From Nitrosopumilus sp. (GTDB taxonomy: Archaea; Thermoproteota; Nitrososphaeria; Nitrososphaerales; Nitrosopumilaceae), in NCBI GenBank assembly GCA_965203315.1, contig CBDBCE010000006.1, forward strand, positions 1-53,622: 53,622 bases of DNA, in the 5' to 3' direction. Position 1 is the first letter of the stretch. The number at the start of each line of letters is the position of its first letter. The notes beneath the pieces are model-generated. The model was not told the DNA's origin. It did not search any database and worked only from the letters and a program-made list of their open reading frames with translations. Below are positions 7,803-17,799 of the stretch, in pieces. The translations under genes were made by a program, and so were the position numbers.

Positions 7803-10462
7803 ACTTTGCCTTTTGGCGTAAACCCCCACCCGTTATTCAGCAGATACATGGACCCCCGCCGCCACCAAAACCCAACCCGTTCCATGCAGGTGGACGTATA
7901 ACCAATATTGCTTCGCCTAAATTTGATCTACCTTTCTCTTGGAATGGCTCCATTGACTATTCTCTGTATGATACAGAAGAGTACGAGCCGTTTATGAAGA
8001 TGGTACCATACGATGAGAGACCCATTGTCGATCCTCACGAAATTGGTACACTTCAAGCGGCGAGGAATCAAGGCGACTATCAGGGAAGACATCTGTACAT
8101 GAATCCCATGCAAGACCTCGATTACATGAAGATCAAGGGGGTAACCAAGAATAGTTTTGCAGGTCCACTCATGGACTCGTTTACTAAATTTGTAGTCGGC
8201 ACTGGCTTTTATCCTGAATTGGAATTGGTCGAGCCAACCAATGATCCTGACAAAAATAAACGAATCTTGGAAGAACACGATCACGTTATACAGGCACTAC
8301 GAAGCATTGATCGACAGTTCGACTTTAATTCATCAGGGTATCTGGACGTGTCGCTCACAGCTCTTATCTCTCAACTAATATCAGGGGCAAACATCTTTAA
8401 TCGAGCCGCACTTGTATTCCGACATGGTGATAAACCCATCGAGATTCTTGGCAAAAAGTATCCCAAGATTCCAACCGTAATGAATTATGTCCACCCACAG
8501 GAATTGGGATTAATTGAAACCGACAACATTGGAAGACTCGTGGGAGTGTCAATGTACTCTGACTTTAACATGACTCCTGCCAACGAGATGATATATCTCT
8601 GGAATCCCCTAATTTCAGCCAAATACGAATATTCTAAATGGTACGGGGGTTCGATGGTACTGCCAATGTTGGACGCACTCCAAACCATGAGAAAGATACA
8701 TGGTGTTGATCTGCCCACAATGGCTCGAGTTGCATGGGCAGGACTATACCTGCTCACAGTAAAACCGCAGGGTCAAACTCAAGAGACAAAGATGAAAGAG
8801 TACGCCCAAATTGCTTCTGCACTCCAAAAGCCAGGCTCTACTCCAATTCTGATGGAAGATCCAGAAGACACCAAACTCGATAAAATCGATTACGAGCCAA
8901 AGGTCAAAGAGTTCTCTGACGTAGCAGAACACTTGATCCGATACTGTGTGGCATGTCTGCAACTCCCCGTGTCCATGTTCTTTGACGAATCTTCTTCAAA
9001 TCGTTCTTGTTATTCTGCCGATACTCTAACCCTGACAGAAGAGGGTTGGAAAGGCTATCAAGAGATAGATTACACCAAAGACAAGATAGCAACCCTAAAC
9101 CCCGATACGAACAAGATCGAGTTCCACGTCCCTGACGGCGTGTACATTGGACACTACAAGGGCAAGATGATTCACATCAAGACAAAGAATCAAGATATCA
9201 TGGTAACTCCAGACCATGACATGTGGGTTACTCGTAGCCATGATCCACAATTCATTCGATGGGAAAAGGTCAAGGCAGGTAAATTAACTGAAAAGTCCGA
9301 ATGGAATATGCTTGGTTTCGGTGAATGGGAAGGAAACCCCGTGCCAGAGATGTATCCTCTAGAGACAGTAGAACACAAACTCAAATACGCAGTCAAACAA
9401 GTTCATGCCATTCCAACGGATCTTTGGATTGAATTCATTGGATATTATCTGTCAGAGGGAACAAAATCCAGACCAGAAAAGCATGGCAATTCCTATTTCG
9501 TTAGTATTGCACAAAACATAGACTCACCTTATAGTCCAAGAATGCAAGAGGTCATGGACGCAATGCCGTTTCACTATTCCAATACCAATTCAGATGGCAC
9601 AAATAGATGGCGAATCTCTTCCAAACAACTCGTCCACAATCTAAGAGACACGGGTGATCTCCACGATACCAAACAAATCCCCAAATGGATGAAAGACATG
9701 CAACCCGACAAACTACAAATTCTATTGGACTCGTTGATTGCAGGGGATGGTAGCATATCTAAACATGGCACACGAGTCTATTATACAACATCCTATCAAC
9801 TAGCTCAAGATGTTCAGGAAATAGCTATGAAAATAGGTTATGGAGCAACAATCAAACTACAATACAAAGGAATAACTCGATATAACGGCAAGGGTGAATG
9901 TGCTGATGGATACCGAGTTTTCATCAACAAAAACAAAACCCACATGCGTAGAATCAGACGCACCGATATAACCGAAGAAGATTATGACGGTATGATATAC
10001 TGCTATAATGTAAAGAATCATGTGTTTGTTACATCTAGGAACGGGTGTGTTACTGTACAAGGCAATACAATGTTGGGCAAGATACAACTAGCCGTAAGTA
10101 CTGCGATTGACCCCGTGAGACAGGTTCTGGCAGAGCAGTTAAACGCACAATGGTACATGAGACACTTTGAGATGATATTCAAAGATCAACCAGAATGGAA
10201 TGTTGTCCGTCCAAAGTTCATCTTTAAAGATTTGCATATTGATCAATGGTATGACAAGGTTGCAGCCGCCAATGAGATAGATGCACGACACCCACTGCTA
10301 GACAAAGCCTATGGCGACACCGTTGGCATAGCCGATTATGTGCTAAAGATTGATCCCAGTAAACCCACGACTCCTGGTGGATCGGTTGGAATGGGCGGTG
10401 GCAAGATCAAAGGCTCTAGTGAACTGAACAAGAACAAGAGCAAAGGCGAAGGTGATCGTTGA
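7799..10462 (+). CDS. Portal protein (intein-containing)
   Basis: Position between terminase and protease; WYGGSMVLP, LQLPVSMF, SSSNRS/T motifs; ~534 aa after intein removal. Confidence 0.85.
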   Translation: MNFAFWRKPPPVIQQIHGPPPPPKPNPFHAGGRITNIASPKFDLPFSWNGSIDYSLYDTEEYEPFMKMVPYDERPIVDPHEIGTLQAARNQGDYQGRHLYMNPMQDLDYMKIKGVTKNSFAGPLMDSFTKFVVGTGFYPELELVEPTNDPDKNKRILEEHDHVIQALRSIDRQFDFNSSGYLDVSLTALISQLISGANIFNRAALVFRHGDKPIEILGKKYPKIPTVMNYVHPQELGLIETDNIGRLVGVSMYSDFNMTPANEMIYLWNPLISAKYEYSKWYGGSMVLPMLDALQTMRKIHGVDLPTMARVAWAGLYLLTVKPQGQTQETKMKEYAQIASALQKPGSTPILMEDPEDTKLDKIDYEPKVKEFSDVAEHLIRYCVACLQLPVSMFFDESSSNRSCYSADTLTLTEEGWKGYQEIDYTKDKIATLNPDTNKIEFHVPDGVYIGHYKGKMIHIKTKNQDIMVTPDHDMWVTRSHDPQFIRWEKVKAGKLTEKSEWNMLGFGEWEGNPVPEMYPLETVEHKLKYAVKQVHAIPTDLWIEFIGYYLSEGTKSRPEKHGNSYFVSIAQNIDSPYSPRMQEVMDAMPFHYSNTNSDGTNRWRISSKQLVHNLRDTGDLHDTKQIPKWMKDMQPDKLQILLDSLIAGDGSISKHGTRVYYTTSYQLAQDVQEIAMKIGYGATIKLQYKGITRYNGKGECADGYRVFINKNKTHMRRIRRTDITEEDYDGMIYCYNVKNHVFVTSRNGCVTVQGNTMLGKIQLAVSTAIDPVRQVLAEQLNAQWYMRHFEMIFKDQPEWNVVRPKFIFKDLHIDQWYDKVAAANEIDARHPLLDKAYGDTVGIADYVLKIDPSKPTTPGGSVGMGGGKIKGSSELNKNKSKGEGDR
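9008..10066 (+). mobile_element. 353-aa intein with LAGLIDADG homing endonuclease in the portal
   Basis: N-terminal CYSADTLTLTEEGWK, block B VTPDHDM, LAGLIDADG-like FIGYYLSEG and LLDSLIAGDG, C-terminal YCYNV..NHVFV...VQGN followed by Thr+1. Confidence 0.93.
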
Positions 10463-11094
10463 TGTGGGACGCTGACGTTGAAATCCTAGAGGCAAGTGGT
10501 GGTAAACACTATGTCAAATCTTTTCTAATCAATACCTCCAGGAATGGAAATGGCTGGAGGGTAACATGGGATTCGATAAAAGAGAATGCCAAATCGTTCA
10601 TTGGGAAACCAGGGACCGCTTATGTTGGCTGTGATGACAAGGGATGCGATCTAGATCATCCCCCCGTACAAAAGGATTATCAGTCTCAGATGGCAAGTCA
10701 AGAGCCACACCGTGTTAGCACTATTGTGGATATTAAACTAGACGAATCAACTCAAACCGCCTATGCAATCCATGAAGTTCATAATGATCAGTTTAGTGAT
10801 GCAGTCAAACAAGGCAAAATAAAGTATGTATCCCCCTCTATATCGGGCAAGATGCACTTTGATGGTATGGGGGATAAACCCTACATAATGAGCGATCAAT
10901 GGACAGGACTCCATCTAGCATGGGTCGGCACCCCCGCTTATGCCAAGCAAGATGCCAAAGTAGAGAAGCAATGCGAGGGGGACGAATGTCTGCCGACTCT
11001 ACAAGCAAGTGGGTGCGAGATCTCTCAACTCTGCAAAAAAGTAGATGATCGAATCCTGAGAAATCTAGCCAAAAAATTACCTACATTATCGTAA
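10459..11094 (+). CDS. Prohead maturation protease
   Basis: RNGNGW..TW, DHP, YVSPSI, HLAWVGTPAY; position after portal. Confidence 0.75.
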   Translation: MMWDADVEILEASGGKHYVKSFLINTSRNGNGWRVTWDSIKENAKSFIGKPGTAYVGCDDKGCDLDHPPVQKDYQSQMASQEPHRVSTIVDIKLDESTQTAYAIHEVHNDQFSDAVKQGKIKYVSPSISGKMHFDGMGDKPYIMSDQWTGLHLAWVGTPAYAKQDAKVEKQCEGDECLPTLQASGCEISQLCKKVDDRILRNLAKKLPTLS

Positions 11095-11148
11095 TATCAT
11101 ACAAATCATGGATACTTGTTATATAGTACTCTACCTCTAAAGAAACTA

Positions 11149-11682
11149 ATGTCAGACGAGGCAATCGTAGAACTCACAAACAAAGTCGATGGGATCATGA
11201 AAGTCCTAGAGGCTAAAGACAAAGAGATTGATACACTAAAGAATCAAGTTCCTTCTCATGGTGTTCTAAAGGCTTCCTTTGAAACTGCACTATCTAATAT
11301 GGACGAGATGGGTCAGGCACGATTTCGTTCCAAAATCAATGCTTCTGATGATGTAGCCGCTAAACAAGCTCTATCAGAGATTCCAACTGTTCAACAGGCA
11401 AGTGAACAACCAAAAGATGAGATAATGGAGTATCTGACACAAAAGCATTCTGCTCCTGTTATTGAGAAAATGGTCAATGCACGAAGACTGGCTGGAGCAA
11501 CTGAAGAACAATTAACAACTTTTCAGGCTTCTCTCAAGGACAAGAATATCCTAGAGATTGAGAAATTATATCAGAATGAACAAGTTATGATTGCTAAACT
11601 GGAAGAGTTCCAAACCTACGAACCACCTGTTGAGACGGGTGCAGATGTGGTTGAAGCAATAGACCAGGAGGTTTCCAACTAA
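11149..11682 (+). CDS. Putative scaffolding protein
   Basis: Acidic coiled coil between protease and capsid genes; start revised to MSDEA (TATA at ~11119). Confidence 0.55.
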   Translation: MSDEAIVELTNKVDGIMKVLEAKDKEIDTLKNQVPSHGVLKASFETALSNMDEMGQARFRSKINASDDVAAKQALSEIPTVQQASEQPKDEIMEYLTQKHSAPVIEKMVNARRLAGATEEQLTTFQASLKDKNILEIEKLYQNEQVMIAKLEEFQTYEPPVETGADVVEAIDQEVSN

Positions 11683-12296
11683 TGCCGACTGAAGCCGCAC
11701 TAAACGGACTAACCAAAATTGGAGATCTAACCTATCAGCAATACTCTAGAACATTTACTAGAGAACTCTCTGACGGACTTTCGGTTACAAAAGGCGTTCT
11801 ATACACAACCAATACAAGTGGACAGATTGTAGAGGTAACACAGCAAATCACAGGAGTTACTGCTCGTTCCTCTCCTACTCGAACAGCAAATCAAGTGGCA
11901 GAGAATACATGGGCAAACTTTAGACATGGTATTTATCAAGCACAAGACACTCATACTAAAACCACTGGTGAGCCAACTGCACAGTTCTTTGGTAGAGGTT
12001 CAAGAATCCTACATGCAGTTTCACAAAATGTATCTGTTGGTGATCTTGTTGGTCAAAACTATGGCAATGCAACTGCAACCTCTGGTACTTATGATATCAA
12101 TCCAAACCTAGTAACACTAACAGCTGGATCAGGTGCAAGTGATACATATCTGCCTGGTGGAACAAGTATTCAGTTTACCATTGGTACAGTTATTGAGATA
12201 AGAAACTTTGTTAGAAGTGGAAGCACAGATCTAAGTGAGCAATATAGTGCTACTGAAGACGGACAACTCGCAGTTATAGAGGTAGGTGGATACTAG
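11682..12296 (+). CDS. Putative capsid decoration/cement protein
   Basis: Thr/Gly-rich beta protein immediately upstream of the MCP. Confidence 0.5.
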   Translation: MPTEAALNGLTKIGDLTYQQYSRTFTRELSDGLSVTKGVLYTTNTSGQIVEVTQQITGVTARSSPTRTANQVAENTWANFRHGIYQAQDTHTKTTGEPTAQFFGRGSRILHAVSQNVSVGDLVGQNYGNATATSGTYDINPNLVTLTAGSGASDTYLPGGTSIQFTIGTVIEIRNFVRSGSTDLSEQYSATEDGQLAVIEVGGY

Positions 12297-13576
12297 TGGC
12301 AGAGCAACATGAAAGATATTTGGGTGGAGTTACATTCAACACTACAACTCAACAGTATTATGCGGGTGATCATACTGCAACAGGTATTCCACAAAAGCAG
12401 GGTTCATTCTTGGGAACACAAACAAAAGTAGATGAGAAACTAAAACTAGATTATACTCTGAATGCAAGTCTATCTTCTCAATATGCAAGTCTCTTGGAAC
12501 GACCTGCATTTACTCCATTGCAAGCCGCACCAGCTGGTCAAGGTAATAGTCAGAATTTAACTCACCTTCAGCTCATTCGTCTCTTTCCACAGATGCAAGG
12601 CAAACCCACTAAATACTGGATGTTGGAACGTGCCTTCGTCAAGAGAAACATTGAGAAACTTGAATTTAGAGAGTCCTTCCAATCTGTCGATTCTCTAGTA
12701 ATGACTGAGCAAGAGAGATTGGCAGAAGCATACAAGATATCCAACTACTATTCCGAGTTAAAGTATAACCTAAAGAAACTGCTGGGTAAAGTAGTTACAC
12801 CTCGTGAAGACTTGTACAGAACAATCATCAATCCAATGACCATTGACTTTGAGAATCTTCAATGGGCTTTCGAGTACCGCAGAAATAGACTAGCTCTAGA
12901 GGCAATCAAGAAAATCACTTGGGGAGTAAATGGTCGAGTTGAGGATCAAGGTGGTAATACACAAACAAATGGTCTCTACACAGGTCAATCAGCACCAGTA
13001 GATCTAGGACAACTGGGTGCAATCAGTACTGGATTCCACTCTACTGAACATGTTGCGACCAAACTCAACGATGCTATGATTGACTTTATGCTAAAGAATG
13101 ATGTGTCCATTGATACCATTGTCATGTCCAACAAGGCTTATTCCAGATGGAATGAGAACACTTGGACTAGAATGGGTGGTCCAACAGGATTACAACCAAT
13201 GAGATTCGCCAAAGGAGCTGTTACTACATTGCCAGGCTTTGAGGGAATCACATGTATCATAGACCCAATGCTAGACATTGGAGCAAGTGTAACTGATACT
13301 GACGGCGCTGGTGATAATACTGGTAGTGGCAGAATGTACTGTCTAGATTCTAGAAATGCTCTAAGACTTGGTGAGGGTCCAAAACTAACACGCAAGTATA
13401 GAGATGAAGAGAGAGACGCTGACATTATACGAATGACTGACTTCTTCCAACACATGTGTGTTGATTACGAATTATCTACCTATGCTTCAGAGGGTGAGGT
13501 AGAAGATCCATATCACGACAGAATCGGCAATCGTTGGTTCAGCTTTATGTGTACATTCGGATACGGATACTCTTAG
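12296..13576 (+). CDS. Major capsid protein (HK97-like)
   Basis: Size and position; DTIVMSNKAY, TLPGFEGITCIIDP pattern typical of HK97-fold MCP C-terminal halves. Confidence 0.75.
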   Translation: MAEQHERYLGGVTFNTTTQQYYAGDHTATGIPQKQGSFLGTQTKVDEKLKLDYTLNASLSSQYASLLERPAFTPLQAAPAGQGNSQNLTHLQLIRLFPQMQGKPTKYWMLERAFVKRNIEKLEFRESFQSVDSLVMTEQERLAEAYKISNYYSELKYNLKKLLGKVVTPREDLYRTIINPMTIDFENLQWAFEYRRNRLALEAIKKITWGVNGRVEDQGGNTQTNGLYTGQSAPVDLGQLGAISTGFHSTEHVATKLNDAMIDFMLKNDVSIDTIVMSNKAYSRWNENTWTRMGGPTGLQPMRFAKGAVTTLPGFEGITCIIDPMLDIGASVTDTDGAGDNTGSGRMYCLDSRNALRLGEGPKLTRKYRDEERDADIIRMTDFFQHMCVDYELSTYASEGEVEDPYHDRIGNRWFSFMCTFGYGYS

Positions 13577-13590
13577 AGGTGAAAACATAG

Positions 13591-13782
13591 TTGGGTATCA
13601 ACTATGGTCATAAAAGAGGTCGAATGGAAGACCTCAAAACCAATCTCTTTACTGGCTATGCAATAGGAATGGACCCAATGAGCAACTCTGACCTGCGGGA
13701 AAAGGTAGATGTTGATGTAATACTATACTGGGAAAATCGATTACTGGATGAAGTAGAGAGGCGATTTCGGGAGTCAGTCTAG
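13591..13782 (+). CDS. Small hypothetical protein
   Basis: GAGGTGA RBS; fills the gap after the MCP. Confidence 0.55.
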   Translation: MGINYGHKRGRMEDLKTNLFTGYAIGMDPMSNSDLREKVDVDVILYWENRLLDEVERRFRESV

Positions 13783-14208
13783 ATGTCTTCTGATTACATA
13801 ACCTCTAGTTATCTCAAGATTTCACTTCAAATCCCTTTGGCAGATGAACAGAATGACGCCGTTCTAGACATGATGGTAAACTATGCCAATGTTGAAGTCG
13901 ATAAGATTTTGATACCTTTTGCCGATACGACTCCTATTGAAGCGGGGACTGATCTATTCAATCACGCTAAACAACTCGCTTTGCTATATGCTCACATGCG
14001 TTGGTATCGATATTTAGGACAGATAGACCGTGCAGGTGAGATGCAGGACGAAATAATGTCCGTCCAAAAAACTCTCACAGATACATTGGTGGCTAATCGT
14101 ACCACTCGTACAGCAAGGGTTGTTATTGCCAGAGACCCGACATTAGATAGAATCCCTACCCCCGCCGCCAGAGACACGTTCATAGAGGATTACTTTGAAG
14201 TATCTTAA
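13783..14208 (+). CDS. Head-tail adaptor (gp6/gp15-like)
   Basis: Y.T...LK..L....DAVL....A...VD pattern; position. Confidence 0.6.
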   Translation: MSSDYITSSYLKISLQIPLADEQNDAVLDMMVNYANVEVDKILIPFADTTPIEAGTDLFNHAKQLALLYAHMRWYRYLGQIDRAGEMQDEIMSVQKTLTDTLVANRTTRTARVVIARDPTLDRIPTPAARDTFIEDYFEVS

Positions 14209-14701
14209 TCACCCCCCTAATTCTGTCGAGTTTCAAGAGAGAATCCTAGATATTTTGAGGAATGAACAAGACTTTGCTAAACACATCAGACAGTTCAGAT
14301 TCGGGGCATTGGGCAATAATGACACCTATGGGAACGCTTATCCCCTTGTGTACAGCTCTGCTCCATCTGATCCTGTCATGTACAAGACCGACTATTTCCC
14401 TGCGACTTCAGTTCATACAGTTCCAGGTCAAAAATGGGAGATGGAGTTCTGGGCTATCATTGTTGTATATCAAGCAACCCCCGAAGCAACTCAAAAACTA
14501 CTGTTCGAGTTGGGACATCAGGCACAGATAATACTCTCTCAGAACGTTCAACTACGGGATAAAGACAGAGAAGACCCATTATGCCACACGTCCAGTACTA
14601 TACTACAAAGACGTCTAGAGACTCAACGTGGTAAACTAACAGAGGCAATGAATGTGAGGGTTAGAACCATCAACTATACTATGCCTTTTGATTTGAAATA
14701 G
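14195..14701 (+). CDS. Putative tail terminator/completion protein
   Basis: YPLVY...MEFWAIIVVY pattern; directly upstream of the tail tube gene. Confidence 0.5.
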   Translation: MKYLNHPPNSVEFQERILDILRNEQDFAKHIRQFRFGALGNNDTYGNAYPLVYSSAPSDPVMYKTDYFPATSVHTVPGQKWEMEFWAIIVVYQATPEATQKLLFELGHQAQIILSQNVQLRDKDREDPLCHTSSTILQRRLETQRGKLTEAMNVRVRTINYTMPFDLK

Positions 14702-14884
14702 CTACTTGCTGTATCCAGATTCCTTTAACACTTTAAACACATCAGACAGATGTTGTTGTATCATTGTTACATAACCCTGAACATCATCAAATTTGTCATA
14801 ACTGAGAGCTGTATCGGCTGATTCAGTCAGAGTTTCTATCTGTATTAACATGTACTCCAATTCGATCTTTAGTTTGTTGTCCAA
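14702..14884 (-). CDS. Small antisense-oriented helical protein inserted in the structural operon
   Basis: Fits exactly between structural genes; divergent promoter at 14885-14928. Confidence 0.55.
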   Translation of the reverse strand: MDNKLKIELEYMLIQIETLTESADTALSYDKFDDVQGYVTMIQQHLSDVFKVLKESGYSK

Positions 14885-14928
14885 GCAATTACTTGTTATA
14901 AGGAAGGTAATATATAGATAGAGTTGGA

Positions 14929-15438
14929 ATGTCTTATGAAGAGGAATATAATTTATCTAGTTTAATGATAGCTCAGAGAGTACAGTTGTATGTTAATCCT
15001 AAAACAAATATAACAACTCTAACTACGGCTAATCTAAACAAAGGCAACGCTCAACCACCCAAGTCATTACCTGGTTCAGGCAACTCTCAACTAGCGACAA
15101 TGCGTGGTCTAAACATTAATGCTTCTCACCCCCGAAGGCGTATTAATCATGGTATGCAACGTTTCTATACCCACGCCGCACCTGATATTACCATGAGCTT
15201 CGTGGTCTCTGGCGATGATGAATTATTAAGTTTCCTAGAGGCTAGAGTAAAGCGAATCAATGGCAGTTTGCCCATCTATGATTGGTGGGTAAGAGCAACT
15301 TCCAATGATGGTACTAATGTGGATCGTGGCTTTAGTGGACAATTAGAATCAATCAACTTTGAGAAACCACTGGAATCTCAAGACGATCCCTACGACATCA
15401 CCTGTGATATTATAGTCCAACAGCAGACATTGACGTGA
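14929..15438 (+). CDS. Putative tail tube (major tail) protein
   Basis: Size, position and beta-strand pattern (DITMSFVV, FSGQLESI, YDITCDIIV). Confidence 0.55.
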   Translation: MSYEEEYNLSSLMIAQRVQLYVNPKTNITTLTTANLNKGNAQPPKSLPGSGNSQLATMRGLNINASHPRRRINHGMQRFYTHAAPDITMSFVVSGDDELLSFLEARVKRINGSLPIYDWWVRATSNDGTNVDRGFSGQLESINFEKPLESQDDPYDITCDIIVQQQTLT

Positions 15439-16082
15439 TAGCCATGAAAAGGGCTAGAACTCCTCGACTCATTACAAAAGAAGAGGTGGCAGAGATATAC
15501 AAAAAAGAAGTACGGTCAGCCATTGAGGCAGGGGGTTTTGGCGAATACGACACTCCTACCTATCATGCACAGGCTTCAGTCAAAGACCGATTCCTAGAAG
15601 GCTTGTACACATATGTACGAGGCAAGAATCCCATTGTTGCTATTAAATGGACCAGTCATAGAAAGATCAATCCCAATCAATTCTTTAGAAAAGGCACTAA
15701 AGACCATTGGATTCGTCCCGTTAAGGCAAAGGCACTAAGATGGTTTTCAGAGCCAAAATGGCCTGGTGATGACTTTGGGGCAGGGGGTCCACAGTTTTCA
15801 GGTGGACATGTGGTAAAAGGCGTCAAAGCACCACCTGAAGACCCAATCCTAGTTGGCAAGAAACAAGCTGAAAAACGAGTAACTAGGCTGGTAAAAACAA
15901 GAAAGACCAGACGAGCAAACAAACTTCGTAAAGCAATACCAAAGCCGACTACTGGTAATGAACCACCTGACTTTTGGTCATCTGACTATTTCCTGTCTAG
16001 GTTTGATGTTGATCCAAAGATAGAAGCAGAACTAAAAGGACTGGACAAAATGAACGATGACTTTAGAAAGGTGATGAAATAA
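15435..16082 (+). CDS. Basic neck/tail-completion protein (HK97 gp10-like)
   Basis: KGTKDHWIRPVKAKALRW...HVVKGVK motif. Confidence 0.55.
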   Translation: MIAMKRARTPRLITKEEVAEIYKKEVRSAIEAGGFGEYDTPTYHAQASVKDRFLEGLYTYVRGKNPIVAIKWTSHRKINPNQFFRKGTKDHWIRPVKAKALRWFSEPKWPGDDFGAGGPQFSGGHVVKGVKAPPEDPILVGKKQAEKRVTRLVKTRKTRRANKLRKAIPKPTTGNEPPDFWSSDYFLSRFDVDPKIEAELKGLDKMNDDFRKVMK

Positions 16083-17191
16083 TGGCAGAGTTTGAAGATG
16101 TAATCAAAATTAGTGTAGATGAAGATGTAGATGATGATAAACTATCCAAAAAGGTCAGGGAAGAAGTTACTCGACAGATGCCTCGAAATAAAGGCAATAC
16201 TAGACTTTTGAGAGAATGGGTAAAAGGCAGAAAATCCTTCACAAGTCAAGAAATCAACGAAGCACATCCATTTATGAGACCAGGCTCCATACGTTCCTTT
16301 CTCAGTAGAGAAGATTATCTCAAAAGCGTTGTTAGAGGCGAATATATCAATATCGCTGCCAGAGAAAAACCACAGAAAAGACCAACAGGCGAAATACCTG
16401 GATCTGCCTATACTCACCAAGATGCAGCTAAAAGTCAGAGTGATGTAGCAAGAGATGAGTTTCTTCAGAAATTCTACGAAAACAACAAGGGTAGTGCTTA
16501 TACACAACAGGCAAAGAAGCCAATCTTTGATCCTACTAGACGCAAAACAGGAGCAATAGCAGATAAAGATGTAGATGAATACACGATTGATCGACTAGAA
16601 CATTCTAGAGCAGTTCATGTACAACCAGCAAATCCAGAATTTCATATAGAAGGTACAGGAGCTCCAATAGATCTAGTCAATAACTTTCAGTTAAATCGAG
16701 AACGAAACAAGGCACGTGTCAATGAACGTGGTAGGTTTAAGCTCAATCGTCAAAGTATTACAAATCTGCTCAAGTTTGGATCAAAAGGTGGTCAAATCGC
16801 TACAAACCCGTATGGTGTCTTTGGTAACGTTTTGGGCAACGTAGCAAGAATGGGTCCAATCGGATATGCAGTTGCAGGGATTGTTGCAGGAATTGTATCT
16901 GGTAATGTAACAGCAAAAGTATTCATTCAAAAACTAGGCACAAAGGGGTATCCTCTCAACAGAGATTTCTTTAGAACAGTCGATGATCATACATATGGAC
17001 TCTGGAGTGTGGAAGAAGAAAAGAGACGTTTACTCGGGTATGATGCGTATATCGTAACTCAAACTGATAGATACGAGCCACAAAGCGGTAGTACTACATA
17101 TAACAGTCTAGAAAACAGAGATGATGTGATATTGAGTAAGATCGGTCTAGCTGAAAAAGCAGTAGGTATAGACTATCAGGGGTGGAAGTAA
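16082..17191 (+). CDS. Putative short tape-measure/ejection protein
   Basis: Position; hydrophobic Gly-rich segment GPIGYAVAGIVAGIVSG. Confidence 0.35.
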   Translation: MAEFEDVIKISVDEDVDDDKLSKKVREEVTRQMPRNKGNTRLLREWVKGRKSFTSQEINEAHPFMRPGSIRSFLSREDYLKSVVRGEYINIAAREKPQKRPTGEIPGSAYTHQDAAKSQSDVARDEFLQKFYENNKGSAYTQQAKKPIFDPTRRKTGAIADKDVDEYTIDRLEHSRAVHVQPANPEFHIEGTGAPIDLVNNFQLNRERNKARVNERGRFKLNRQSITNLLKFGSKGGQIATNPYGVFGNVLGNVARMGPIGYAVAGIVAGIVSGNVTAKVFIQKLGTKGYPLNRDFFRTVDDHTYGLWSVEEEKRRLLGYDAYIVTQTDRYEPQSGSTTYNSLENRDDVILSKIGLAEKAVGIDYQGWK

Positions 17192-17799
17192 TGGCTGCAG
17201 ATTCTACCTTGCGAGGCATTCTTTGTTTGTATCGTTGCGGTGAGACAGTAGGTTCTTTACAAGGCTCAACTGCCATATCGGAAGCCACAGTAGATGAGAC
17301 AGAAAAGATTGAATTTGATAATCCAAGAATCTTGGGAACGACTAAATTTAGAAATCACTCAGGCGATCTTAGACCAGCTGCTCAACACCCCGATGCTAGA
17401 TCAGGAGTAGTCTCGACTACTATATCCATGATGAGAACTCAAACAGATAACGCTGCACCATTCCAAGAAGAATCCAGACACCCCGACACAGGCTTTTCAG
17501 GGGTAAGATATACCATTCATGTTGTGTTTGATGAAAGAGACAACAACTATGCAAAATCGATAGAGAGATTGGTAAAATGGCAGGGTGAAGATCAGTTCAT
17601 CAAAGGACGATATGCCAATGGACGAATTGGGATTCGTAATGACTTTCAGCCAGAATTTAATCTAGTTCCAGATAATACCAGTGGGTACAAGATTGCAAGT
17701 GTTACTTCTACCCACGATGGCGAATACCACCAAATCAGAACGGCAGAAATCATACTGATACAATCAGGTGAATCAGAACAACTAGCAGGTGTGAGCTAG
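17182..17799 (+). CDS. Putative distal tail/baseplate protein
   Basis: Position only. Confidence 0.35.
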   Translation: MEVMAADSTLRGILCLYRCGETVGSLQGSTAISEATVDETEKIEFDNPRILGTTKFRNHSGDLRPAAQHPDARSGVVSTTISMMRTQTDNAAPFQEESRHPDTGFSGVRYTIHVVFDERDNNYAKSIERLVKWQGEDQFIKGRYANGRIGIRNDFQPEFNLVPDNTSGYKIASVTSTHDGEYHQIRTAEIILIQSGESEQLAGVS

